IMG/VR virus record: IMGVR_UViG_3300035135_000885
Location: 1-36,063 of that record
From: a virus
Taxonomy: Duplodnaviria; Caudoviricetes
Strand: one strand, 5' to 3'
Length of the DNA: 36,063 nucleotides
The stretch's first letter is position 1. Every line of letters begins with the position of its first letter. The notes beneath the pieces were generated by a model that saw only the letters and a program-made list of their open reading frames with translations, was not told the DNA's origin and made no database searches. Shown piece by piece: positions 27,305 through 36,048 of the stretch. Made by a program: the position numbers and the translations under genes.

Positions 27305-27720
27305 CAAAGATAAAGAAAGCATTTTGGTTTGCCCTTGGGATTATCTGCTTAGGCATAGCTTACCTTGGAGTAATCTTACCAGGTATTCCTTGGAGCACAC
27401 CAATTCTTGGTGCGGCGTTTTGTTTTGCTAAGTCAAGTGAGAAGTTTCATAATTGGATTATGAACCATAAATTGTTTGGTCCATTTATTAAAGAGTGGCA
27501 AACTTACAAAGTATATCCACAAAAAGGCAAATATATTATGATGGCAGTCATGTCATCTTCACTTGCGTTTATGTGGTTTGGAACAGGCAATCCAAAAGCA
27601 ACATTATACTTGTTTATTCTATTTGCTTTGATTGTTATATGGGCATGGCGTTTCCCAGGTTCAAAAGAAGAAGCACAACGTCGCATTGATGCCGGAGAGA
27701 AGCTCGGCTGGTTTAAATAA
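27301..27720 (+). CDS. ybaN: YbaN/DUF454 family inner-membrane protein
   Basis: [50 protein letters not shown]; GGAGG SD; ATGA overlap with hemA. Confidence 0.85.
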   Translation: MTKIKKAFWFALGIICLGIAYLGVILPGIPWSTPILGAAFCFAKSSEKFHNWIMNHKLFGPFIKEWQTYKVYPQKGKYIMMAVMSSSLAFMWFGTGNPKATLYLFILFALIVIWAWRFPGSKEEAQRRIDAGEKLGWFK

Positions 27721-27756
27721 ATAAAACTATATAATGTTATTGATGATGGAGATATT

Positions 27757-28782
27757 ATGTCAAAAAGAATACTAATCACAGGTGGTGGTGGATTTATTGC
27801 ACACCATTTGATTAACCAAGTACTAATCCGAACAGACTGGGAAATAGTAACGCTTGATCGTTTGGATTACAGCGGCAATCTCAATCGTCTTCACGACCTG
27901 CTGCAAGAACGTACAGCTAATGAACGTAAAAGAGTTCGTACAATCTTCCATGATTTAAAAGCAGAAATTAACCCGATGCTAATGGCTGACATTGGACAGG
28001 TTGATATTGTTGCCCATCTTGCAGCAGGTTCTCACGTAGATCGTTCTATTGAGCGTCCTATGGAATTTGTAATGGATAACGTTGTAGGTACTTGTAATAT
28101 TCTCGATTTTGCTCGTAAACAACATAACTTGGAACGATTCCTTTATTTCTCGACAGATGAAGTATTCGGTCCTGCACCAGAAGGAGTAAAATATGATGAG
28201 TATGATCGTTATAACTGCACTAATCCGTACTCTGCGTCGAAAGCGGGCGGAGAAGAACTCGCGGTAGCATATCAAAATAGTTATAATATGCCAATCTATA
28301 TTACGCATACTATGAACGTATTTGGTCAACGCCAACATCCTGAAAAGTTTATTCCTATGACTATTAGGAATGTACGAGATGACGGGGTTGTTACAATTCA
28401 TAGTGATGCATCAAAAACAATTCCAGGAAGCCGTCATTATATTCATGCTGAAGATGTGGCTGACGCTACTTTGTTTTTATTGGAACATAACAATACTTTA
28501 GATATGAGTAACAACACAGGAATCAAATGTCCTAAGTTTAATATTTGCGGCGCAACCGAATTAAATAATCTTGAACTTGCTCAAATGATTGCTGATGCAC
28601 AAGGAAAGGAACTACATTATGAGTTTATGGACTTCCATAGCAGCCGCCCTGGCCATGATCTTCGCTATGCTCTTAGCGGTGAGCGTATGGCGAATATGGG
28701 TTGGGTGCCGCAACCAGTTGAACGACGGCTTGAAGAAGTTGTGCGATGGACTTTAGATAACACAAGGTGGCTTGACATATGA
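27757..28782 (+). CDS. NDP-sugar 4,6-dehydratase (RmlB-like extended SDR)
   Basis: ITGGGGFI, HLAAGSHVDRSI, STDEVFG, PYSASK, RPGHDLRY. Confidence 0.9.
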   Translation: MSKRILITGGGGFIAHHLINQVLIRTDWEIVTLDRLDYSGNLNRLHDLLQERTANERKRVRTIFHDLKAEINPMLMADIGQVDIVAHLAAGSHVDRSIERPMEFVMDNVVGTCNILDFARKQHNLERFLYFSTDEVFGPAPEGVKYDEYDRYNCTNPYSASKAGGEELAVAYQNSYNMPIYITHTMNVFGQRQHPEKFIPMTIRNVRDDGVVTIHSDASKTIPGSRHYIHAEDVADATLFLLEHNNTLDMSNNTGIKCPKFNICGATELNNLELAQMIADAQGKELHYEFMDFHSSRPGHDLRYALSGERMANMGWVPQPVERRLEEVVRWTLDNTRWLDI

Positions 28783-29342
28783 ATTATGCAACAATGATAG
28801 AACAAGAATACAGTATGGCAATGGCACAGCCATCTGATATTAATGAACACATTCAAATGCTTTATGGTTTAGGTAAGCATTGTAAACACGTAACTGAAAT
28901 GGGAGTACGTGATGGGAAAAGTTCTCGTGCATTTTTAAAAGCAGGAGTTACTTTAAGATCATATGATATTGAAAAGAATGTGAATGTTGAGTTTTTATTT
29001 GAATGTGCAAAGAAAGCAGGACAGGACGTTGAGTATATTATTGATGATGTACTAAAAGTTAAAATTGAGCCAACGGATCTTCTGTTTATTGATACATGGC
29101 ATTCCAATCCACAATTAAGACAAGAACTCGAGCTACACGGTAATTTAGCTCAAAAGTTTTTAGTATTCCATGATACTTGGACTTACGGACTACAAGATGA
29201 AAGCTGGGATAAAATAAAACCAAATTATCCTGGTGCGGGATTACTTCCTGCTATCATTGATTTTGTGATTGAAAATCCACATTGGCAATTTCAAACATTT
29301 AGAACAAATAACAATGGACTTACTGTACTAAAGAGAAGATAA
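28779..29342 (+). CDS. Class I SAM-dependent methyltransferase (Methyltransf_24-like)
   Basis: VTEMGVRDGKS, DLLFIDTWH, VFHDT, NNNGLTVL. Confidence 0.8.
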   Translation: MNYATMIEQEYSMAMAQPSDINEHIQMLYGLGKHCKHVTEMGVRDGKSSRAFLKAGVTLRSYDIEKNVNVEFLFECAKKAGQDVEYIIDDVLKVKIEPTDLLFIDTWHSNPQLRQELELHGNLAQKFLVFHDTWTYGLQDESWDKIKPNYPGAGLLPAIIDFVIENPHWQFQTFRTNNNGLTVLKRR

Positions 29343-29343
29343 A

Positions 29344-30885
29344 ATGATCGTTGATTGCTTTCCGTTTTTCGCGCCAACAAACGAAGAGATACTTTACTTA
29401 CGAGTGAATATGTTAAAAGATTACGTTGATAAATTTATCATCGTTGAATCGAATAAGACACACTCAGGATTACCTGTTGAACGTAAGTTCCTTGAGATCG
29501 CAAGAAATCAAGGTTTGCCTATGGAAAAGATTGTATATGTTGAACATGATATTCCTGAAAAGGAAGAGTTAAGAATACTTGCAATTGATAGACAAAATGC
29601 AGGCTATAATAATAGGAACGAAGATTCAGTATATGCCCGTGTTCGTGAGCGTTTACAAAAAGATGCGGTCATGGATGTGTTCAATCAATTTGACGATAGT
29701 GATATGTTTATCTATGGTGATGCTGACGAAATTATTGATCCTAAAAACATTTCATGGATTGAAAAGATTGTTCGCTCAGATCTTAAAAAAATTATCAAGA
29801 TACCTTTAGTTTATTTACAAGGACGCGCAGACCTTCGTATTCATCATACAGGAGGTAATCCTGTTGTCTGGTGTAGAGCAATGTTCTTTGCAACTAAAGG
29901 ACAAATATGGCGTAATGGCGGTATCAATAATATAAGATGCGCAAATATGCAATCACCAGTAAGGTTCCCAACTCAAAATGGTGTTGTAACACAAGATCTT
30001 GGTTGGCACTTTGCATGGATGGGAACAAACAAACAACGTGATGAAAAAGCAAAATCATTTGCGCACGCTTTTGATAAATTCAAGTGGATGAAATCGCTCG
30101 AAGGATATAATGACGGAGGATATAAAAAGTTCGTTAAAGATACCGATCCTGTAGAAGGCGGGATTGCTCCTGACGGAAATCCTGACCATATACTTAAAAG
30201 ATATCCTATTGAAAAATTGCCAACAATGATTCTTGAAGAACAATGGCTAAAAGACTTTTTCTTGCCTGAAGTTGATATTCTTAAAGAGTTTCAATTTAAC
30301 GAATGCGAATGCTTTTGGTGTAAAAAGCTACAGTGGCCGTTGCTATATGATCTTGATAGTAAAAGAACTTGGTTTGAAATACCACGAAGCTGTTCTGTAA
30401 CAATTAAAGAAGCACATCCTGATAGAAAACAAGTGTTTCGAGATCAGTCTGAATACAGTAAAGCAAAAGAACCTGTTGTTGTATTTACCGAGCCTGTAGA
30501 GCGGTTTATATCTTGTATGAATGCCTATATCACAAAAGGACAAAGATACTATAATTATGGGAAAGATATCTTTTCGTCGTTTGCGGTTAATCTTGACGAA
30601 TGCACGAAAGAACAAAAAATATCTTATTTCTTTAAACATTTAAATAAAATTGGATCTGCTCACCAGGTTCATCATTTCCATCCACAAGTTAAATTTATAG
30701 ACACAGAAAACTTTAAAAAGTTTACAGTTATTAATAAACACGAAGTCGGCAAATTCTTTGATAACGCAGAACATCTTAATACAACAGTTAAAGAAGTCGA
30801 GCAAAAAGATTTGTCTAAAGATCAGATTGATTTTATCAAATGGATCTATAGGCACGATTATGAGTTTTATGAGAACTATGGCTAA
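29344..30885 (+). CDS. GT17-like glycosyltransferase fused to a sulfotransferase-like domain
   Basis: N-part MIVDCFPFF..E, VDKFIIVESNKTHSG, GDADEI, GWHFAWMG; C-part WFEIPRSCSVTI, VFTEPVERFIS, HFHPQ, YRHDYEFY. Confidence 0.75.
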   Translation: MIVDCFPFFAPTNEEILYLRVNMLKDYVDKFIIVESNKTHSGLPVERKFLEIARNQGLPMEKIVYVEHDIPEKEELRILAIDRQNAGYNNRNEDSVYARVRERLQKDAVMDVFNQFDDSDMFIYGDADEIIDPKNISWIEKIVRSDLKKIIKIPLVYLQGRADLRIHHTGGNPVVWCRAMFFATKGQIWRNGGINNIRCANMQSPVRFPTQNGVVTQDLGWHFAWMGTNKQRDEKAKSFAHAFDKFKWMKSLEGYNDGGYKKFVKDTDPVEGGIAPDGNPDHILKRYPIEKLPTMILEEQWLKDFFLPEVDILKEFQFNECECFWCKKLQWPLLYDLDSKRTWFEIPRSCSVTIKEAHPDRKQVFRDQSEYSKAKEPVVVFTEPVERFISCMNAYITKGQRYYNYGKDIFSSFAVNLDECTKEQKISYFFKHLNKIGSAHQVHHFHPQVKFIDTENFKKFTVINKHEVGKFFDNAEHLNTTVKEVEQKDLSKDQIDFIKWIYRHDYEFYENYG

Positions 30886-31120
30886 AAGAAGAATTAATGT
30901 TGAGAGTGTTGAGAAATTGATGTATGAAATGGATCAGCACAAAAAAGAAAAAGCAGAATTAAGACGAGACAACGATGCGCTGCGAAATCAAAATATGATG
31001 TTGCTCGAGTCACTTGAAGCTATTACAGAAGAAAATGAATATTGGTCTCAAGAAGCATTGCAGTCAGGTATTGTGTTTAGACTTAAAAATGTTTTAAATC
31101 AAATAAAACAAAACCATTGA
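30878..31120 (+). CDS. Hypothetical coiled-coil protein
   Basis: Start moved to ATG 30878 (MAKRRINVES), 8-nt overlap with the upstream gene. Confidence 0.7.
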   Translation: MAKRRINVESVEKLMYEMDQHKKEKAELRRDNDALRNQNMMLLESLEAITEENEYWSQEALQSGIVFRLKNVLNQIKQNH

Positions 31121-31145
31121 CATCCTCAATAGAATCAGTTATATT
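31117..31145 (+). promoter_or_regulatory. Sigma70-type promoter
   Basis: TTGACA (31117-31122), 17 nt, TATATT (31140-31145). Confidence 0.7.
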
Positions 31146-31171
31146 GGTACTATAACAAATGAGGCAGTACA

Positions 31172-31693
31172 ATGAAAAAACTAATTGCAGCAGTAACATC
31201 AGCAGCACTAACAGGTTCTGTAATCGTAGGATCTTTTGCACTTCCTGTTGTTGCAAGCGAGATTCAAAAAGCTGAAGATAAAGAACAAGCTATGTGTTTG
31301 GCTAAAAACATTTACTTTGAAGCACGTAGTAGTAATCTTGCAGATAAAGCAGGCGTTGCTGACGTTGTTTTAAACAGAGTAAATGATACTCGTTATCCTA
31401 ATACTATTTGTGGTGTTGTTTATCAAGGTAAACAAAACGCAGATGGTTCAATGAAACGCAATGCTTGTCAATTCTCTTGGTATTGTGATGGCAAAAAAGA
31501 CGATCCAAAAGATGCAGATCGTTGGGAAGAAGCAAAGCTAATTGCGTATAACATTTTGAACTATGGTAAGTATCGTGGTGTATCAGAAGGTGCAACTCAT
31601 TATCATGCTCACTATGTTGATCCACGTTGGGCAAAAGATCTACAAATGGTTGGTCGTATGGGTGCTCATATCTTTTATCGTTGGGAAAAGTAA
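31172..31693 (+). CDS. SleB-like cell wall hydrolase (Hydrolase_2) with signal peptide
   Basis: CLAKNIYFEAR, VVLNRV..YPNTICGVVYQ, CQFSWYCDG, GATHYHA, HIFY; hydrophobic N-terminus. Confidence 0.92.
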   Translation: MKKLIAAVTSAALTGSVIVGSFALPVVASEIQKAEDKEQAMCLAKNIYFEARSSNLADKAGVADVVLNRVNDTRYPNTICGVVYQGKQNADGSMKRNACQFSWYCDGKKDDPKDADRWEEAKLIAYNILNYGKYRGVSEGATHYHAHYVDPRWAKDLQMVGRMGAHIFYRWEK

Positions 31694-32001
31694 TGCTTGA
31701 CCACGTCTTTAGAACTCATTGTGAGAAAAACATAAACCTTTATGTACCTTGGTATTTGATGGCAGCTCACGCGTATTATGTTGACGATGATCCAATTCTA
31801 TTAGACTCAACTTTTGATGAAATGGCAAAGTTTATGCTTGACAATTGGGACGACATAAACCACTTCCATAAACACCTATTAGGACCTATGGATCTTGTAG
31901 CAGGTACTTATCTGGGTACATACCCAGAAAGAGTTAAAGGCGGTCTCGAAGCTTTACGTGAGAAATATGCAATAAATAAAAGGAAAAGGAGAAAACGGTG
32001 A
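31693..32001 (+). CDS. Standalone protein resembling NAD-dependent DNA ligase domain Ia
   Basis: AAHAYYVDDDPILLDSTFDEM fits the LigA YY..D.P...D..(Y/F)D motif; TAATG coupling gives start 31693. Confidence 0.7.
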   Translation: MLDHVFRTHCEKNINLYVPWYLMAAHAYYVDDDPILLDSTFDEMAKFMLDNWDDINHFHKHLLGPMDLVAGTYLGTYPERVKGGLEALREKYAINKRKRRKR

Positions 32002-32309
32002 GTGATGAAAGATATGTTGTAGTTACAGCAGTTTCACAATTCAGAATACGTTATGTTATTCCTGCTTCTGAATTGGAAACAGATGATCCAAAGAAATTGA
32101 TTGAATACGCAAATGATTCTGTTACGATAGAAGAAGTTAATGAGTTTTCACAAACACATTTGGGTGATACTATTGTAGATACTTTTATTCTTGACGAAGA
32201 ACGTATATTACAATTGCACGATAGAGATAATGATTATTTGGCAGATTGGCCAAAAGAAAAGAAACTCGAACGAATTCATAATTGGAAATATGACGGAGTA
32301 AATAAGTGA
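31998..32309 (+). CDS. Hypothetical protein
   Basis: GTG start with AAGGAG SD, GTGA overlap. Confidence 0.8.
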   Translation: MSDERYVVVTAVSQFRIRYVIPASELETDDPKKLIEYANDSVTIEEVNEFSQTHLGDTIVDTFILDEERILQLHDRDNDYLADWPKEKKLERIHNWKYDGVNK

Positions 32310-32509
32310 TGAAAGGTCACTCCGTTGAAGAGTTATATTCAAAGATAAAGGTATTACACGATAAAGGAATTGAACTTCATCGTGAGCGATACAAGGTACA
32401 GGGAACATACGATCGGCCAACATGTCAATACATGGTTGATGATATAAAAGCTTTAGCTCGAGATATTGAACGCGGTCTGATTGATTTAGATAGGGACTTC
32501 AGTAAATGA
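32306..32509 (+). CDS. Hypothetical protein
   Basis: Coupled 67-aa ORF, GGAG SD. Confidence 0.7.
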   Translation: MMKGHSVEELYSKIKVLHDKGIELHRERYKVQGTYDRPTCQYMVDDIKALARDIERGLIDLDRDFSK

Positions 32510-32841
32510 GAGATATTAAACCTGATGATTGGATTGTTGTTGCAGTAAAAGACACAGATCCGGTACATCACCGTTTGGTCTGTGGTTGGAGAGGAAATTA
32601 TAAAGATAAAGAAACTGGAAAATTCGTAAAAGAAACTTGGGCCGTAAGTGGCGGAATTCAAAAATGCACTTCTGATTTAGATAACTTTTATTTTCATACA
32701 GAAAATGATAAAGTGTATTGTTGCAAACGATCTTCTTATGGAATTAAAGAAAGCAATTATCACGTATTTCATGCGATGCAAGCACAACATGATGTTACTA
32801 TGATAAATGGTCAAACAAAATTTGAGGTTTATGATTATTGA
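32506..32841 (+). CDS. Hypothetical protein
   Basis: ATGA coupling; PDDW..GW.G.Y..W..S.GI..Y.C..YG pattern seen in phage proteins. Confidence 0.75.
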   Translation: MRDIKPDDWIVVAVKDTDPVHHRLVCGWRGNYKDKETGKFVKETWAVSGGIQKCTSDLDNFYFHTENDKVYCCKRSSYGIKESNYHVFHAMQAQHDVTMINGQTKFEVYDY

Positions 32842-33584
32842 AAATACAAATTCATGGTTTTGGTTATGTAGGAAAAGCTCACGCTGATTTGATTGAAACA
32901 TCAGGTCATGAATGCTTTATATACGATCCTGCTCTAGATTTTAATGATTTAGAAGAACATCCTGATGGGATGATTGTTGCTGTCTCGACACCAGAAGGCA
33001 GCGAAGGCGAATGCGATATGAGTAACGTCTACGAAGCAATTGAGCGTTCTCCCGGTGGTATTCCAATTTTAATTAAAAGTACAATTAGCCTTGAAGGATG
33101 GCGACTTATTCAAAGAGCGTATCCTAATGAGCCAATATCTTTTTCTCCTGAATATTTACGAGCTCAACATGCTATAGAAGATTTTAGAAAACAAAAGTTA
33201 ATACGAATTGGTGGAACAGGAGTTGACTTTTGGAAAGGAATATTAAATTCACAAGGCGCATCTGTTATTGAAGGTGATCCTGAGGCGTTGATATTTGCTA
33301 AATATTTTCGTAACGCTTTCTTAGCAACCAAGGTTGCGTTTTTCAATCAAATGTATGATCTTTGTAACGAAGCAAATGTTCCATTTCATCTCGCAAGAAA
33401 TTATGTAATAGAGGACGATCGTATAGGATCAAGCCATTCAATTGTTATGCCTCCATCTATGAGAGGATTTGGTGGTCATTGTTTACCAAAAGACACTTCT
33501 GCAATTGTTGCATCAGGACATCAAAATCATTATGATTTGTCTATCATACGTGAAGCAATAAGATATAACGAAAGTTTAAAATGA
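32838..33584 (+). CDS. UDP-glucose/GDP-mannose 6-dehydrogenase family protein, short form
   Basis: GFGYVG, VSTP, IKSTI, FSPEYLR, KYFRNAFLATKVAFFN, GFGGHCLPKD with the catalytic Cys; lacks the C-terminal domain. Confidence 0.88.
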   Translation: MKIQIHGFGYVGKAHADLIETSGHECFIYDPALDFNDLEEHPDGMIVAVSTPEGSEGECDMSNVYEAIERSPGGIPILIKSTISLEGWRLIQRAYPNEPISFSPEYLRAQHAIEDFRKQKLIRIGGTGVDFWKGILNSQGASVIEGDPEALIFAKYFRNAFLATKVAFFNQMYDLCNEANVPFHLARNYVIEDDRIGSSHSIVMPPSMRGFGGHCLPKDTSAIVASGHQNHYDLSIIREAIRYNESLK

Positions 33585-33988
33585 AAGTAGGATTTACAGC
33601 ATCAGCTTTTGATTTGCTTCACGCAGGACACGTGCAGATGTTAAGAGATGCAAAGGAACAATGCGATTATTTAATCTGTGGTTTACAGATTGACCCAACG
33701 TTAGATCGTCCTGATAAGAATGCTCCTGTGCAAACAATAGTAGAGCGTTATACGCAATTAAAAGCCGTAAGTTATGTTGACGAGATCATTCCGTATTTGA
33801 CAGAAGACGACCTTTGTGATATATTATCAATGTACCATATAGATGTACGTATTCTTGGAGTTGAATATAAAGAAAAAGATTTTACAGGCAAAGATATATG
33901 TCGTAAACGCAGTATTGATTTATATTTCAATAAACGAGATCACAGGTTTAGTACGAGTGATTTAAGACAGAGGGTTTGTAATGAATGA
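33581..33988 (+). CDS. Glycerol-3-phosphate cytidylyltransferase-like protein (TagD/RfaE-II family)
   Basis: SAFDLLHAGH, ERYTQLKAVSYVDEII, RDHRFSTS. Confidence 0.88.
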   Translation: MKVGFTASAFDLLHAGHVQMLRDAKEQCDYLICGLQIDPTLDRPDKNAPVQTIVERYTQLKAVSYVDEIIPYLTEDDLCDILSMYHIDVRILGVEYKEKDFTGKDICRKRSIDLYFNKRDHRFSTSDLRQRVCNE

Positions 33989-34241
33989 AGGATATACACA
34001 ACGTGAGTGGGACCGTATTGTTGGTTATGGTAAAGTTCCACCTGAATATAGGAGAAAAGAAATGACTGATGGGCCGTTTAAGAGCGCGTTTGATGCTGAT
34101 ACTGATGGCGTAATTAGGCGTGAGATTATTACGTATCGTATGCGTGATGGTAAAATGGTTAAAGAAGAAGCAAGCCGAGACTATTATGCTTCAGGTGACT
34201 ACCATGATAATCAGAATATTAAACCGTTGGTGATGCGATGA
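33981..34241 (+). CDS. Hypothetical protein
   Basis: 86-aa ORF; an internal AGGAG SD precedes a second ATG at 34062. Confidence 0.65.
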   Translation: MNEGYTQREWDRIVGYGKVPPEYRRKEMTDGPFKSAFDADTDGVIRREIITYRMRDGKMVKEEASRDYYASGDYHDNQNIKPLVMR

Positions 34242-34420
34242 GTGATAAACAATGGGAAATGGATTCTGAAATGCTAATTCAATTACACAATGCCGCGCGC
34301 ACATTGGAACAGCATGATAAATCTTTTGGACAAGAATTGCGTCAAATCGCGGATCGTTTTAGTACTTTAATTAAAAACGCTCATAATAGGAGGCACTGGT
34401 GTAATGGAAACGAAAGATGA
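34238..34420 (+). CDS. Hypothetical protein
   Basis: ATGA-coupled 60-aa ORF. Confidence 0.7.
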   Translation: MSDKQWEMDSEMLIQLHNAARTLEQHDKSFGQELRQIADRFSTLIKNAHNRRHWCNGNER

Positions 34421-34520
34421 ATCTAAACATTTAATTTTTGAACGTGTCGGCAAAGTAATATATGCAAGATTCTTTGGCGATCCTCCTTTAACTCGTTGGG
34501 TATATAAGGTATTAGACTAA
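34404..34520 (+). CDS. Small hypothetical protein, 38 aa (not in ORF track)
   Basis: AGGAGG SD; METKDESKHLIFERVGKVIYARFFGDPPLTRWVYKVLD; TAATG coupling to the next ORF. Confidence 0.65.
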   Translation: METKDESKHLIFERVGKVIYARFFGDPPLTRWVYKVLD

Positions 34521-34693
34521 TGTGGATATTAGTAGTATTAAGCACAATTTATGGTAGTGATGAAGTTCGTTTAACTCACTATGATGCGTATCAAACTGCA
34601 AACAAATGTTCTATTGAACGTGCAGTTCTTGAAGCAACATTTACCGAAGGCGAACAAGCGGTATGTATTAAACACAGGAGTACAAAAGGCTAA
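34520..34693 (+). CDS. Small hypothetical protein, 57 aa (not in ORF track)
   Basis: MWILVVLSTIYGSDEVRLTHYDAYQTANKCSIERAVLEATFTEGEQAVCIKHRSTKG; TAATG overlaps on both sides; two Cys. Confidence 0.7.
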   Translation: MWILVVLSTIYGSDEVRLTHYDAYQTANKCSIERAVLEATFTEGEQAVCIKHRSTKG

Positions 34694-34866
34694 TGTTTGG
34701 TTTATTTAAAAATAAAGTAGAAGATGAAATGGATTTTAATAATGATGTACCTCCTCATCGTTTTGAAGATAAAAAAGATCCTCCTACAATCAACGAACAA
34801 TTAAATGAAATTATGTACAAGATTGGTAGGATTGAAGCAAAACTTGATATGATGTTAAATGACTAG
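34693..34866 (+). CDS. Small hypothetical protein, 57 aa (not in ORF track)
   Basis: AGGAG SD; MFGLFKNKVEDEMDF...QLNEIMYKIGRIEAKLDMMLND. Confidence 0.7.
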   Translation: MFGLFKNKVEDEMDFNNDVPPHRFEDKKDPPTINEQLNEIMYKIGRIEAKLDMMLND

Positions 34867-35578
34867 ATTGCGAAGATATATCTTTGACGTTGACGGTACG
34901 TTAACACCAAGCCGCGGAAAAATTGATCCTGAGTTTAAGGAGTTCTTTCTTGACTTTATTGAAAAGAATAAAGTGTGGCTTGTCACGGGATCCGATTATC
35001 CTAAAACCGTTGAACAGCTCGGCGAAGATATTTGCGAAAACGTTGTAACTTGTTATTCTTGTAGCGGAAACGAAACTCGATTTAAAGGAAAAGTCTGCAA
35101 TGCAACAGGATGGGAAATAGATCCTGCTTGTGTTGCATGGATGGAAAGAAAACTAAAAGAAAGTGAATTCCACATCCGTACAGGAAATCATATTGAGTAT
35201 CGTAGAGGTACTGTAAACTTTAGCATTGTTGGTCGTAATGCAAATCAACAAGAAAGAAACGCTTATGTGCAATACGATCTAAGAACTAACGAACGTGCTA
35301 ACTTAATGAACGAATTTAATTATATTTTTGGTCCTCCTGCGTTGACTCATACAATTTCAACTATAGGTGGAGAAACAGGATTAGACATATATAGATATGG
35401 TAACGATAAATCTCAAATCTTAAACGACTTCAACGAAGATGACGATCTTCATTTCTTTGGAGACAAAATGGAACGAGGTGGTAATGATTATCCTCTTGCT
35501 GCAGCAAACAAAAATGGAACAAACCATCACGTTAAAAATTGGCAAGAAACATGGGAGATCCTTAAGTGTTTACAATAG
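34859..35578 (+). CDS. HAD-superfamily (eukaryotic PMM-type) phosphomannomutase
   Basis: FDVDGTLT, LVTGSD, GNHIEYRRGTVNFSIVGRNANQQER, FFGDKMERGGNDY. Confidence 0.87.
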   Translation: MTRLRRYIFDVDGTLTPSRGKIDPEFKEFFLDFIEKNKVWLVTGSDYPKTVEQLGEDICENVVTCYSCSGNETRFKGKVCNATGWEIDPACVAWMERKLKESEFHIRTGNHIEYRRGTVNFSIVGRNANQQERNAYVQYDLRTNERANLMNEFNYIFGPPALTHTISTIGGETGLDIYRYGNDKSQILNDFNEDDDLHFFGDKMERGGNDYPLAAANKNGTNHHVKNWQETWEILKCLQ

Positions 35579-35793
35579 AAATGGATTGGGATGAAACCGC
35601 TATTACAATACTTGACGATACAGGTGAACACGAAGATGTTCAGTTTATAGTATATGATGATGTTACCTATATAAGACAATGGTCTGAAGAATGGAACAAA
35701 TTTCATTTAATTGCTATGACAACACAAATGTTTGATGAACTTGCAACAGCAATGAATTTACCAGAAGGTGCATATGCCTATAAAAAGGATTAA
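35566..35793 (+). CDS. Hypothetical protein
   Basis: GTG start with GGAG SD, 75 aa, acidic. Confidence 0.75.
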   Translation: MFTIEMDWDETAITILDDTGEHEDVQFIVYDDVTYIRQWSEEWNKFHLIAMTTQMFDELATAMNLPEGAYAYKKD

Positions 35794-35796
35794 CGA

Positions 35797-36048
35797 ATGA
35801 TAGAAATTTACGGAACTCCTACTTGCGGTTTCTGTCGCCGCGCTAAATTATTAGCAGAAAGATATGGAATTACAACTGAATATAAAGATATCACATTTGA
35901 AAAATTTGAGCAAGAACTCAAAGAACGCGCTGATTTTGAATATAAAACGGTACCACAAATTTGGTGGAATAACCGATATATTGGCGGATATAATGAACTT
36001 GCCACTGAAATTGAAAACACACGAAATTTTGGTGATGGTGCATTTTAA
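35797..36048 (+). CDS. Glutaredoxin
   Basis: IYGTPTCGFC, TVPQI, YIGGY. Confidence 0.92.
   Translation: MIEIYGTPTCGFCRRAKLLAERYGITTEYKDITFEKFEQELKERADFEYKTVPQIWWNNRYIGGYNELATEIENTRNFGDGAF

Noticed and set aside
1739-36020. All minus-strand ORFs in the track
   Set aside because: They are antisense shadows of well-supported + strand genes, with no recognisable motifs. The promoters and SDs I found all point to the + strand.
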